A stretch of 63,956 bases of DNA, filler included, from Octopus bimaculoides (GCF_001194135.2; 6 parts of 4 records of this genome joined end to end with filler, not necessarily neighbours in it), one strand, 5' to 3'. Counted from the whole stretch's first letter, positions 35,781 to 49,295 are shown. Notes: a model not told the origin generated them from the sequence alone. Numbers and translations are program-made.

Positions 35781-37439
35781 ATTGTTGATGAATATTCGGA
35801 AAACTTAAAAGAGTCTTATTCGCAAAAGATGTCGTAAGGAAAAAAAAAAACAACAAAAAAAAACAAGCAGCTTGCAAATATATTCACAACACGTTACGAG
35901 TAGTTTTGTCTATAAAACATTACATGTTGATAAAGTAAATATTATGCCTCTTTGATGATGGTCAGAAATGTAGGTTTGTATTTGATATGAATCCATTCAC
36001 TAGAGTTTGGTATTTCCATTGTCCGTTTGAGCTACATTACATGGCCAGATCTCCTTAGTCTGATTTCCCATAGACACTCAAGTAACTTTTATTTTTTCGG
36101 GCAGCTTAATGGCAACGGGCGCTTATGTTGCATCACCTTTCAGATACGGCGCGTGGTAAGCCTCTAGGTATATGATGTTTACCAAATGCCTATTTTCGAG
36201 CTACAAAGCACAGTTTGACTCTGTTCAAATGAATTAAGGGGACAAACGTCTCAGAAAAAAATTTTTAGTTATCAAACAAAAAACAAAGAAAAAAATCCTG
36301 CAATTTACTGAGTTAATGGGGTCTCTTTTGTTTCATTATTTTCAGACATTAAATAAAACATGATTGCTTTCACAGACGTGTAATGCTTTTACTTAAGTTG
36401 CGTTGTCATTGTTTAGAAGTTATACATATTGGAGAGTATTAAGCGGTTTAAATTATTTAATTATCTTAACTCTTATTTAGGGTGTATAAATGAAATGGGG
36501 CGTTTTTCCTGTGACTTGATTTTCCAGCTAGCATTGTGACTTCTTTCTGTGCCTATATTTCCATCCACCCAGTCTATAGGGACACGTATGCATGAAATGC
36601 ATTTGGTGACTGCTACTGAAAATTGGTTCCAGAATGTGAGGTATTATGCTTTTTGTGTGTCATAGAAAAAGCTAACTCTAAACATAAAAAATAGTGCGAA
36701 TATATATTTATTCGTAACAACTTGTATTTCATATGAAATAGAATTACTACGAGGTTACATGAGTGTAACCGGTTTGTTGATATGAGAAGGTTTCTGTCGG
36801 ACAATGAGATCTGTGAGGTAAAGTCTACTTGTGAATGAATGTGGAATGTACTGAAATAAAAATATGTGCACAGTCGAACAAAGAAATTACGTAAACACAT
36901 TTTCAAAGCAAAAGGAAAAGCAAAGGAAAAGGCTGTATACGACAAACAAACTATGCGTTAAGAAAATGCAGAATGCTTGAATGAAATGCATACGACAGCA
37001 CAACGGCTATAAATCGTAAAATCTGTGACGATATGTGCCGAACACGTGAATGCTGGTGTACAAGATAACAATAGTTCTCAAACTATCCAGAAGTGAATGG
37101 AAAAAGTTTGGTAACAAAAAGTGTTTATTATAAAGAGAAATGCAAGTGAGAAAACAACAAAACAGCAGGTGATACAGAAAGAATATTCAAGGTTTGAATG
37201 AGAAGAAAACCAGTATGCAGAATTATAAGTATATAAGAGAGAAGAGAGATGGAGTGACAGAAGTAGAGAGAGAGAGGGAGGGAGATAGATTGATAGATAG
37301 ATAGATAGAAAGCGAAAATGTGTGTGAGGATATATTTAACCATCTCGTCGACTGCCATAACGATGGCCAATATTGCTTCGACCTGTGGCAAATTGTGTGA
37401 AAAGTTTTTGTAAGATACAATTGGCACAAAAGCTATCAG

Positions 37440-38188
37440 CGATCTTCCTTCAGAGGAAGCGTGTTGAAGATAAAACAGACAGAGAAAAAAGATGGCTATA
37501 GATAACTAAAAGTGATTTAAAACCGGAAACGGCGTCTCTAATCTGTGCTCTCTAAGAGCAAGCATTAAGAACCAATTACATCAAATACAGAATATACAAC
37601 ACATCAGAAAGTGATAAGTGCAGAATTTGTGGATAAAATGGTGAAACCTTATGGCATATAACCAGTCAAGGTACGCTACTAGCCCAGTCATGACAATATA
37701 GGACCGATTGTCCGTTGGACACTGTGTAACAAGTATGGACTTGACAGAGCAAAAAAGGACAATCGAAAGGACAATGCAAAGATCCTATGGGATCATGAGA
37801 GAGAGAACCGGAAACCAGACATAGTGTTAAATGAGAAAGAAAGTAACCGATGCTAGATCATAGATATAGCATACCCAGCTGACAACAAGGTATGCGATAA
37901 GGAAGAAAGAAAAGTCGATAGATATAACAGGTTAGTTTGGGAGGTTAAGCAGTTGTGGTCGCTGAAAAAGGTTTGTAGTAGTACAAATAATTGTCGGAGC
38001 TCTGGGAACAATGAGTAAACATCTTCAGAAGTATATGGAATAAATAGGGGCAGCAATAAGGGTGGAGCACTTGCAGAAAACAACACAGCTTGGAACCGCT
38101 GGAATACTCCGGATGATGCTCGAAAAATAAGGGGTAGTGAACAGCTAACACCGTAGTACATCTCCAGCGTTAGACGCTGTGCAAAGAC
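37440..38188 (+). mobile_element. R4/Dong-type RLE non-LTR retrotransposon, family 1, 5'-truncated
   Basis: KSDLKPETASLIC..EQALRTNYIKYRI...KCRICG..GETLWHI (CCHC), KILWD, KPDIV, IIDIAYPADNK. The 3' end ...ctgtgcaaagac is followed by (AAT)n. Confidence 0.88.
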
Positions 38189-38272
<84 letters not shown>

Positions 38273-38331
38273 AAGAAGAAGAAGAAGAAGAAGAAGAAGA
38301 AGAAGAAGAAGAAGAAGAAGAAGAAGAAGAA
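38189..38331. repeat. (AAT)n followed by (AAG)n microsatellite
   Basis: Direct inspection. Confidence 0.95.
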
Positions 38332-38340
38332 ACAATAAAT

Positions 38341-38970
38341 CATATAATCTCTGGCTGCCCAGTCCTGGCTAAGAAGGAATATATTCACAGACACGACAGA
38401 GCTGGGACCTATATACACTAGAAGCTATGCCAACACTATGGAATAACAACAGAAAAAAGATGGTATAAACACGCGCCAGAAAAGGCCACAGAAAACGAGA
38501 AAGCAACCATACTCTCGGATATGCTAATACACACAGTTAGACAAATTAAGGCCAATAGACCAGATATAGTTGTCAAAGATCATGAAGGAAAAAATGCTTT
38601 CTAATTGATGTATCAATACCAGCAGATGACAACGTTTCCCTAAAAGAAATGGAGAAACTTTCAAAATACAAAGACCTGGAAATAGAAGTAACTCGAATGT
38701 GGAATCTAAAAACAGAAACAATTCCTATCATAGTAGGCACCTTAGGTATAATAAAAAAATATTCAGACAAATACATAACAAAAACACCAGGACTTACAAA
38801 TATATATAACATACAGAAAATTGCACTATTGGGCACTGCACACATCCTACGCAAAACACTTTCAATACAGTAACCATAAGAGCATCACAGCAAACCACAG
38901 TACATACCCAAGGCACTAGATCTGCGCTCGGTAGTGAAGTGAAAGTACGTTATAGAAATAAAACTACTGA
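38341..38970 (+). mobile_element. R4/Dong-type RLE non-LTR retrotransposon, family 2, 5'-truncated
   Basis: HIISGCPVLAKKEYIHRHD...ANRPDIVVKD...LIDVSIP.DDNVSLKEMEKLSKYKDLEIEV..MW.LKT.TIPIIVGTLG; stop at 38873; 3' UTR then (AAT)n. Confidence 0.92.
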
Positions 38971-38985
38971 ATAATGATAATAATG

Positions 38986-39052
<67 letters not shown>

Positions 39053-39054
<2 letters not shown>

Positions 39055-39243
39055 TCGAAAAATACCTTAGGAATGAGAACCCAGGTTCGAAATTTCCCCA
39101 AGACACCTGAAGAAGGCTGGAGGGTATATCAGCCGAAACGTTGTGTTAACAACAAACAAGATGAGGAAAAATATCCGTCGAATGTAAATAATGTAAATAA
39201 TGTAAATAATGTACATAATTCCTCATCTCTTAAATATAGAACT
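39053..39243 (+). mobile_element. Hammerhead-bearing element, family E, copy 2 (3' portion)
   Basis: Homologous to 24669-24827 and retains a segment of about 34 bp that is deleted in copy 1. Confidence 0.85.
39102..39147 (+). ncRNA. Type-I minimal hammerhead ribozyme, family E copy 2
   Basis: GACAC-CUGAAGA-A-GGCUG-(10 nt)-CAGCC-GAA-ACGU-U-GUGUU: stem I 5 bp, stem II 5 bp, palindromic stem III, GUU triplet. Confidence 0.72.
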
Positions 39244-39395
39244 AAATTAAAACTACTTGCAAGCGGAAGTAGGCTTCAAACACGCGCGCGCGCACGTGCA
39301 AAACACACACACACACGCACACACATACATACACACACACAAACACGTACACACAAACGCACACACATGTAAACACACACACACACACATGCACA

Positions 39396-39449
<54 letters not shown>

Positions 39450-39469
39450 AACGCATACACATATATCAC

Positions 39470-39640
39470 GAGCTTTCCCCCACAGGTTCCGTCTACCAAA
39501 TTACTAAATACACTCACAAGGCACTAGTCGGTCTGGGGCTATAAGTAGAACACATTTGCCCAAAGTGCCGAGCAGTGGGACTGAATCTAAAATTCCACAT
39601 GGTTGCAAAGCGAGTTTCTTGACCCTACAACCATATCTGC
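39470..39640 (-). mobile_element. SINE family A, 5' half, diverged
   Basis: ttccgtctaccaaat...cactcacaaggc...gcagtgggactgaa. Confidence 0.75.
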
Positions 39641-41296
39641 GCCTTTATTTTTTTTTTATTTAATCTCTTAAATAAAACACTGAACAAAAATCATTAAATC
39701 GGTCATTTATTGCGGTTCCCCAGTGACTTTTTTAAAAAGACATAATCTGTGTCTTTACAGCTTTCTTTATATTTTAGTGCGTCTTGTCTGTGTATGTACC
39801 TGCTTTTATGTTCTTTTTCTGAGTTGGTATGAGTGTGTAGAAGGACATTGCGTTGTAACACGTATACAAACATAACTACATGAATATATACACACATACC
39901 ACACTATAGTAACATTTTAAACATACGGTTGCTATCAATTTAAATTTAGTCATCTCAAACAAGAACTTGGCCTCTCACTAAATCTGTCGGAGAGATATTA
40001 AATACACTTTATCTGTAATTAAAGCTACAAAAAAAAAAAAAAAGGTCATTCTAATAAAGGAAACAGCAGTAAGGTGTGTTCTGTTGTTAGACTTTCCACG
40101 GCTAGATCTGATTTTCCCTAATGAAATGTCTCTAGCCTTTATTTCTTATCTGCTTTTCTGTCAGTTTTATTATACTTTTATGTGTTAAAAATACCCAGGC
40201 GTTGTCCGACAAATATCTTTGATAGTCGTAGCTTCTCTCTCTCTCTCTCCTTACAACGTCTGCTCATGTTGTTTAATTGAACAAGTCAAAGAGACAACCT
40301 CTATGTGGACGACGCTCGACATACTAGAAACATCAGTCATATCCCCCACTTTCTCTTTCTCTTTCACACTCTTTAATCTTATCTCGCCATTTTAAAAACA
40401 GGAGAGACACATAAGATAATATAATTTTAGATAACCCTCAAAAGGCAGGGTGGTCACGTTGGGAGTGCTCTTGATAATAGATCTACTCGATCAGAGTTGA
40501 CTTACAGTTAAAAACAACATACAACCGCTGGAATTCTTGTTTCTTTTTGTCATCAAAATTTCATCACAAAACATCTCGGGGTTAAACGTTTGGTTTTCAT
40601 CTCACCGTGATCGATAAATGGAATATCTGTGATCTAGAGAAAATTTAATCGACTATGATTCTACTCCTATACGAATTTAAGGATCTGTATCAATAGCAAA
40701 GATCACTGCTTCATAGTTTATTAAAAAAAAGAAAAATTAAGGACAGCAGTAAAAATAACTGTAACAACATCTATCTCAGTTTCTCAACCTGGTTTTACTT
40801 GCTCCCACCTCAATGAGCTAAAAAAATATGTTACTTTCGAGGAAGTGCAGTAAACAAAGCATCCCTGAAACGAAACCGAACTCGGTTGAACTACATCAGG
40901 GCAAAATCTCTAAGAACAAAAACCTCAAACACAAAACCTCACAGTACATTTTATATTGGAAATTTTAATTACTACGTATATTTTGGCGACATATTTTAAC
41001 TAGCCTAACATTTGTTTGTTCCTCATCACTGCTTAACGCTACTATTTCTGTATTTATTGTGACCAGCCAGTCCAAGACGCAACTCAGTCAATGATATTGA
41101 CCATTCTAAGATAAAACTACGGCTTTATATCTACCTAAGATTATCTCTCTTCGGTAACTCCTACTTAGGAAGGCCAAGTAGCTATAAACATATCTGGGGT
41201 GAGACACTAAGCAGATACATTTTTACACCTTTTACCATATGTGGGAATTTCTTCTTCACGATAACAGTGAATTTGATTTAGAAGTTAAAATACGTA

Positions 41297-41328
<32 letters not shown>

Positions 41329-41639
41329 AATGTATTATGTATGTATGTGTATCTTTGCGTTAGCTTTGCAACCACCCTGTTTCGGGTTCAGGCCACTTCA
41401 CAGCACCTTTGGTAAGTGACTTCACTTATAGACCCGGGCCGACAAATGATTCAATGCCTTACAAGTGAACTTAGTTGACGGAAGCTGTCAAGAAGCTCGT
41501 CGTACATTTATATGTGTATGTGTATCTGTATGTATAGATGTGCGCGTTTGTTTGCTTGTGTGTGTGTGTAAGTCTGTATGTGTGCGGGTGTGTGTAAGTA
41601 TATGTGTGTATCCGTTTATGCTGTATATGAGAATATCTG

Positions 41640-41922
41640 AAATGAACTCGACTGCTCTCACAAACAAGAATACTAAAATGAACCGGACCGCTCTCAAAAA
41701 TTAAGCAACCCCCCCTTCCCCCAACAGGAAAAATAATCCAGAATCCTTGTCCGATACCAGATTGATCCCGAAGTCTAATCACTTCGTGCCAGTCATGAGG
41801 CCAAACATCCCTGAAGGTTTCATTCGAATCTCTCCAACGGTTCTTGAGATATCGAGTCCACGGACAAACAAACAAACACGACTGGAAACAATACCTCCGC
41901 CTTCGTTAAGACGAAGGTAATA
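41640..41922 (+). mobile_element. Helentron-associated (HINE/DINE-like) non-autonomous element, probable
   Basis: The end ...ggacaaacaaacaaacacgactggaaacaatacctccgccttcg-ttaaga-cgaaggtaataa has a subterminal hairpin and a (caaa)n tract. Confidence 0.5.
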
Positions 41923-41939
41923 AGCAATATCTTCTTTCA

Positions 41940-42335
41940 CTTTATACTTGTTTCAGTCATTAAACTGCGACCATGCTGGGGCACCGCCTTGGAGAATTTA
42001 TAATCTAGTGTATAGACCCCAGTATCTTTTGTTTTAATGCCTTTTACTTATTCTATCGATCTCTTTTTTGCTGAACTTCTAAGTTACGGGGACATGAACA
42101 CACCAACACCGGTTGTCAAGCAGTGGAGGGGAGACAAATACAGACACCATATATATATATATATATATATACACGACGGGCTTCTTTCAGTTTCCGTCTA
42201 CCAAATAGACTCACATGGTTTTAGTCGGCTCGAAGCTATAGTAGAAAACACTTGCCCGAGGTGCCACACAGTAGGACTGAATTCCGAACCATGTTGTTGT
42301 AAAGCAAGATTGTTACCACACAGCCATGCCAGCGC
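41940..42335 (-). mobile_element. SINE family A, full length, diverged
   Basis: Both halves and the tRNA-like head are present. Confidence 0.87.
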
Positions 42336-42910
42336 ATATGTTGGCCTTAATTATAAATGAATATCTACAGAAGGGAAGTTAATACAAATAGCAAACTATA
42401 CGTATTAAATTATTCATTCAGATTTAATAAATACATTAAATGAACCTTTGCAAGAACATATAATGGGGGAACAATACAGCTTTATGTTTACCGCAGCAGC
42501 CTTAGTGAGAGATAGCGAATTGGCTGTTAGTGAGTGATCGCCATTGTTGTATGATTGTTATTTGGTATAGATAAGACATCGATCAATGAAAGACAATCCA
42601 GTTAACCTTGGTTGACTTAGAATAGGTATGAAAACGGAAGTAGATAAGCAGCGCAAAACATTATATAATACCACCACATGGTTGCAAAACGAGCTTCTTA
42701 TTCAAGCTATATATGCATGTATAGTATACACACACATGCGCGCGCGCGTATATACAAATACATACATATATGCGTATTTGTGTCTGTGTATGTATGCATG
42801 TATGCATGTATGTATGTACGTATGTATGTAGGTAGGTATGAATCTACGTGTGTGTGTGCGTGTGTGTGTGTGCGTGCGTGCGAGCGTGTGTATACACACA
42901 CATATATATA

Positions 42911-43804
42911 CGTGGTCTGATCAATAAGTGTCCGAACTGTTGCCATAATAACGAAGCTAAAGCACGCAGAACAAAGCCGCTTGGCACAGATTGACCTTGG
43001 TCTCTGTTGTGCATATGCACTAAGTCTTAACGTTCTAGCTCACTTACGCTATTTATAGCAGTGCAGGGAAGTAGCACGTGCAGCATGCGTTCGTCGCATT
43101 GACCATGACAGAGAAAGGTAAGCAGTTAATCTGCATCAAAATTTGCCAATGCCTGGCGATACCTGTTCAGAGGCCTATGCAAAGTTTTCAAAAGCTTTTC
43201 ATCGTTCTCGACACAATCAAGCAGATTTTGTGCAATTAAAACCCGAGTGTCTTTTTGGTCAACTGAAAGCCGTTTTGGCACAAACTTGGCAGACACGCGT
43301 CTCATACCCAAACTTTCAGTGATAATGGACCGAATTGAACCGTAACTAATCTGCACATCCTCTGATAACTCACCGATGGCGATTGGAAGATTTCTCCTCA
43401 CAGCCTCACGTACATCTGCGATGTTTTTCTCAGTTCTGCTTGTTGCAGGTCTCCCAGAACGTTCGTCAATATCGACATAATTTCGACCATCTTGGAAACG
43501 TTTAAACCACTCGTACGTTAGTGTGCAGCTCATACACTCCTCTCCATACGCTTTCTGCAACCTTGTGTAGGCCTCTGAGTAGGTGACGCCATGACAACTT
43601 TTTCTGTCATGGTCAATGCAACGATCACACGTTACACACGTTGCTTCCAAGCACTGCTGTAAATAGCAGAAGTGTGCTACAACATTAAAACTTAGTGCAC
43701 ATGCACAGCAGAAGAGAAAGTCGATCTCTGCCAAACGGTTTCACTCTGCGTACTTTAGCTTCGTTACTATGGTAACAGTCCGGATACTTATTGATCAGAC
43801 CACG
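42911..43804. mobile_element. Mariner element with about 60-bp TIRs and TA TSD, made of two inverted 5' ends
   Basis: TA|cgtggtctgatcaataag ... cttattgatcagaccacg|TA. Minus-strand HTH transposase: SEAYTRLQKAYGEECMS...YEWFKRF..G...D.ERSGRP...LGMRRVSAKFVPKRL. Plus-strand N-terminus: MTEKGKQLICIKIC. Confidence 0.93.
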
Positions 43805-43807
43805 TAT

Positions 43808-43866
43808 ATTGGTTCCTATTTCTATTGGTTCCTATTTCTATTGGTTCCTATTTCTATTGGTTCCTA
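43808..43866. repeat. 16-bp minisatellite (attggttcctatttct) x3.6
   Basis: Direct inspection. Confidence 0.9.
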
Positions 43867-44209
43867 GTATATATAAATATGTATATTATTGTGCCTGGGG
43901 AGTCATTCTCTTTTAGTGTCTTATCTTTTAACACACGCGCCAGTTCGATTTCCACTCATTTTGTTATTTACTTTTGTAAACTTTTTGTTGCGTCTTGCAA
44001 CCTTTTCAATAGTCGTTGGCTGTCCGTTATCAGAGCTGTGTTCTTTCGTTTGTTTGTTTGTTTGTTTGTGCGCATATGTGTGCGTCAGTGTGCTTGTGTA
44101 TACATATATGTGTGTATGTGTGTATGTGTGTATGCATGTATGTGTGTCCGCGTTTGTGTGTATATGTGTTCTGCATATCCCTGTGTTTGTGTGTTCATGT
44201 TTGTATGTT

Positions 44210-44240
<31 letters not shown>

Positions 44241-44808
44241 ATTTGTGTGTGTACCTGTCTCCTTGTGTGTGCATGTTAGAGTGTGCCTATGTGTATGGGT
44301 TTGTGTGACTATGCACGTGCGTCTGTTATATATAGATGTGTCTCCATATGTGTCTTTGTGTGTGTGTGACGTGTGCATGTGTTTCAGTTTTCATTAGTGT
44401 ATGTATGTATGTCTGTGTGTTTGTCTTTCCGTATTACCTATTCACCTATCTATCTATTTATCTATCCATTTACCCCCCCCCCATATATATATATATATAT
44501 ATATATATACGTCTACACAAGCCCTACTTATAACTCTATGTATGTATGTATGTATGTATGTATGTATGTATGCATGTATGCATGTATGTATGTATGTATG
44601 TATGTATGTATGTATGTATGCATGTATGTATGCATGTATGTATGTATGTATGTACGTATGCATATATGTATGTATATAGTGTCTTTGAAGTGGTGTACTG
44701 ATATTGTATACTGAAAAAAAATGGTGTCATTTTGATTCTGATTTTGTCTTGATGACTTCGGCGAACAAACGAAAACGCTCATAAAAAATTATCCAAAATT
44801 CTCATTGC

Positions 44809-44862
<54 letters not shown>

Positions 44863-44914
44863 CCCCTCTCTCTCTCTATCTTTCTCTCTCTCGTTCTCTC
44901 TCTCTCTTTCTCTT

Positions 44915-44981
<67 letters not shown>

Positions 44982-45228
44982 CTATCTATCTATCTCTCTG
45001 TTGAGTTGAGCACTGGCACATTATGGGCTACCCTGGTGTCATCCGCAGTCGTGGTATATTTCTGTTGGATCTACTTTAGGAACTGCGCAGTGTCAGTTGG
45101 GGTAATTATATGAATTAAGTAACGACAATATGGATTTGACATTAGACGTTGTACAGAATGAAGTTGAATACCAAATCCATCTTCTCGTTACTTAATTAAT
45201 ACACACATATTGGTACTTAAGTAAGAAT

Positions 45229-45586
45229 GTTGTTGGCACTCCGTCGCTTTCGACGTCGAGGGTCCCAGTTGATCCGATCAACGGAACAGCCTGCTCGTGA
45301 AATTAACGTGCAAGTGGCTGAGCACTCCACAGACACGTGTACCCTTAACGTAGTTCTCGAGGATATTCAGCGTGACACAGTGTGACAAGGCTGACCCTTT
45401 GAATTACAGGCACAACAGAAACAGGAAGAGTGAGAGAAAGTTGTGGTGGAAGAGTACAGCAGGGTTCGCCACCATCCCCTGCCGGAGCTTCGTGGAGCTT
45501 TTAGGCGTTTTCACTCAATAAACACTCACAACACCCGGTCTATGACCGCGAGTCCGCTGCCCTAACCACTGGGCCATTGCGCCTCC
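45229..45586 (-). mobile_element. SINE family B, full length, with a 14-bp TSD
   Basis: Flanked by acttaagtaagaat (45215-45228) and atttaagtaagaat (45587-45600). Confidence 0.95.
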
Positions 45587-45688
45587 ATTTAAGTAAGAAT
45601 ATGTAGTGTCAAAATGCAAAGCAGTTTTTTCGAAGTAGTAAACATATATATATTTATACATACGTTCGTACATACATACATATATAGA

Positions 45689-45775
<87 letters not shown>

Positions 45776-45948
45776 ATTCATGAGTATATATGTTTGTATA
45801 TCTTTTTCTATTATCTCTCATAAAAAGGAAAAGAAAAACATATTAAGATCTCTTTTTAATTTGTATTGCACGAGATGTATTCATATAGAAACGTCACTCT
45901 CTTTCTCTCCCTCTCTCTATCACCTGCACACACACACACACACACACA

Positions 45949-45985
<37 letters not shown>

Positions 45986-47325
45986 TCTCTCTCACACACA
46001 CACTTATATGAAGTAGGCAGACGTGTGTACGTGTGTGCGTGTCTGTGCATACGTGTCTCAGTGAGTTTAGACTGAGTACATTATCACGAGATCATCAGGT
46101 CCAATGTTCAGGGACAATGTCAATACTGAACTCTGTTCCACAAAAATCAGGCGATGCAGTCGATTGCGTACATAACCGAGCGCCCTACCCCGCGTGTACA
46201 CACAGTGACACATATATAGAGGGGCACATGTGGCTGTATGTATTTTTAAACGTCCTCTTTCTCTATCATTTCCCCCCTCTCGTTCTTCCTCTGTTACTAC
46301 TACGTATCTCTCTACCCCTCTCGTTCTTCCTTCTGTTACTACTATATCTCTCTCTTTCCCCTCTCGTTCTTCTTTCTGTTACTACTATTTCCTCTCTTTC
46401 TTTCGTTGCTAACCTATTCTTCTACTTCTCCATTTGTTTTTCCCTCTACCACTATCTCTCTCTCTCACCCTTACCCCTGCTTGGTCACATGCTTCCGGTC
46501 ACTAATCCTTTTCTTCCTTGGCTATCGCCGAGCAAACACGCGAACTTGCTTCGTCCCGTCTTTTTCAGTTCGTGCCTCACTGCGTTCATATACACATAAT
46601 TTTTCACGTCTGGCCGCACAGCCTTTTCCGTTTGTTTTCCTGTCTTGTTTTCTTTTCCGTTTGTTTTCCTGTCTTGTTTTTTGTCCGCCACTATATTCCT
46701 CCATGGCACAGGTTTAATTTGTGTACACAAATTAAATTTGCGGTCCATGGGAAGAACCGTTTTAACGATGCGTCCTGCCCAACTCTTCGAAACGCCGGTG
46801 TTAAAATGGGGGTAGCTGATGAAGGAAAATGTTCTCTATGTGGCTTGTGTGTTTTCTGTACTCTGGTTATTATTATTTTCTTGTCTACCTTTTGCTTGCA
46901 ATGTCCTGTACCCAAATATGCACCTATATATACAGGTAGACGTAGGTATGCACATACCTGTACGTATATATGCATATACTCATTTATTATTGTTTTATAT
47001 NNNNNNNNNNNNNNNNNNNNNNNNNNNNNNNNNNNNNNNNNNNNNNNNNNNNNNNNNNNNNNNNNNNNNNNNNNNNNNNNNNNNNNNNNNNNNNNNNNNN
47101 NNNNNNNNNNNNNNNNNNNNNNNNNNNNNNNNNNNNNNNNNNNNNNNNNNNNNNNNNNNNNNNNNNNNNNNNNNNNNNNNNNNNNNNNNNNNNNNNNNNN
47201 NNNNNNNNNNNNNNNNNNNNNNNNNNNNNNNNNNNNNNNNNNNNNNNNNNNNNNNNNNNNNNNNNNNNNNNNNNNNNNNNNNNNNNNNNNNNNNNNNNNN
47301 NNNNNNNNNNTATGTATACATACAT

Positions 47326-47359
<34 letters not shown>

Positions 47360-47380
47360 GTATGCATACATGTATGTGTG

Positions 47381-47432
<52 letters not shown>

Positions 47433-47454
47433 CATGTATGCATGTATATATAAG

Positions 47455-47630
47455 GTACATGGCTCAGTGATTAGAACGTTGGGTTCACAATCAGGAAATA
47501 ATGAGGTAGTGAGTTCGAATCCGGAACCAAGCTGTGTTCATGTTACTCTAGTTCACTTAGCTGTAGAAATAAGCTGCAACGTCACTGGTGCCATTTGCCT
47601 TTTCCTTGGATAACATCGTTTTGTGGAGTC
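47455..47630 (+). mobile_element. tRNA-headed SINE variant
   Basis: A-box tggctcagtgattag and B-box gttcgaatcc; no complete cloverleaf. Confidence 0.55.
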
Positions 47631-47694
47631 CTTTTTTTTTTCTGAATCTCCCTGATTCTTTTAATGTGCTAGTTACCTGGTATTNNNNNNNNNN

Positions 47695-47727
<33 letters not shown>

Positions 47728-48087
47728 GGATAATATATCCGGACAGATACCATTCAAGCGCTCTTGTATAATTCGAATTCTGGCTAACCGTATCGAATGG
47801 TATAGAATAACCAGGGACTATTTAAGGTGAACAATTCCAGTGTATTTCACACGATGGGTAAATCTTGAGTTTGCTTCGTTGGATTATAAACAGTTTACTG
47901 AATATATATCCAAGATAATTTAAATAAATGAGAATTATACATCTAAACAGTTATTATTATATATTCGTGTATATGCATGTAACACACACGCATATACACA
48001 CATACACATACACACATACACATACACACACAAATGCACACACACATACACATACACACACAAATGCACACACACACACACACACTG

Positions 48088-48232
48088 AGGCACAGGCGTG
48101 GCTGTATAGTAAGAAGTTTGCTTCACAACCACATGTTCCCAGGTTCAGTCCCATAGCGTGGCACCTTTGGCAAGTGTCCTCTATAGCCTCGGACTGACCG
48201 AAGCCTTGTGAGTAGTTTTGATAGACGGAAAC
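48088..48232 (+). mobile_element. SINE family A, 5' half
   Basis: ggcgtggctgtatagtaagaag...ggttcagtccc. Confidence 0.8.
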
Positions 48233-48283
48233 AAGTAAAAGATAGAAAACATATATACGCACACACATCTATCTATCTATATC

Positions 48284-48307
<24 letters not shown>

Positions 48308-48317
<10 letters not shown>

Positions 48318-48514
48318 GCACTCCGTCGCTTACGACGTCGAGGGTTCCAACGGAACAGCCTGCTCGTGAAATTAACGTGCAAGTGGCTAAGCACTCCACA
48401 GAGCTTTAGGTGTTTTCGCTCAATAAACACTCACAACGCCCGGTCTGGGAATCGAAACCGCGATCCTATGACCGCGAGTCCGCTGCCCTAACCAATGGAC
48501 CATTGCGCCTCCAC
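48308..48514 (-). mobile_element. SINE family B with internal deletions
   Basis: Tail gttggcactccgtcgcttacgacgtcgagg and head ccattgcgcctcc. Confidence 0.88.
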
Positions 48515-48628
48515 ANNNNNNNNNNNNNNNNNNNNNNNNNNNNNNNNNNNNNNNNNNNNTTAATTAATTAANNNNNNNNNNNNNNNNNNNNNNNNNNNNN
48601 NNNNNNNNNNNNNNNTATATATATATAG

Positions 48629-48768
48629 TGCAGGAGTGGTTGTGTGGTAAGTAGCATGCTTACCAACCACATGGGTCTGGGTTCAGTCCCACTGCATGGC
48701 ACCTTGGGCAAGTGTCTTCTACTATAGCCTCGGGCCGACCAAAGCCTTGTGAGTGGATTTGGTAGATG
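48629..48768 (+). mobile_element. SINE family A, 5' half
   Basis: ggagtggttgtgtggtaag (A-box) ... ggttcagtccc (B-box). Confidence 0.9.
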
Positions 48769-48904
48769 GCACACACTCCAGTTCCACTAGTGTTTGGTAT
48801 GCTAACAACTCTGACAAGCTTGCCGTCCTTCTTTGCTCTTAATATTATTTTCAAATTTTGGCTGTCCGTCACATGTTGACAGTGACTGTTCTCATTTAGT
48901 AATC

Positions 48905-49295
48905 ATCTCTGCAGGCTCACCTGGTGGCTACAAGACCTGCTCTTCTTGATCTGCAGCAGTGACGACCTCTACTGCAGGTGAAGCTACTTGACACAATGGA
49001 GAATTGACATCTCTTGCGTGCACTTTCTTGTTCTCTCTGTTGTATCTCCTCAATGGCTGGACATCAGAAGCTTCAACGACTGGCGTCATTCATCACACTG
49101 CGGGACCCTCTCCTCCCAGGTGTCTGAGGAGAAGCTAGAGGTCTTCATATGTCTCTTCTGCACATCCCTGTATTGCAACTTCTGGCCACCACACCTGTGC
49201 CTGCCCTGGTGCAATTCAGCTGAGAAAACTCTCTCAGAGGACTGGAAAAGCAACATAGACCTGTGTGGGATTTACACACAGAGCCTATAAAAGAC
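48905..49295 (-). mobile_element. RTE-clade LINE 3' fragment
   Basis: VFSAELHQGRHRCGGQKLQYRDVQKRHMK....DTWEE matches the RTE GEL..G.R..GGQ.K.F.D.LK....WE pattern; a degenerate terminal zinc finger FTCS..HCCRSR.GL follows. Confidence 0.7.

Noticed and set aside
46770-46835. gaaac...ctgatgaagg, a possible type-II hammerhead
   Set aside because: Stem I cannot form and stem II pairing is inadequate.
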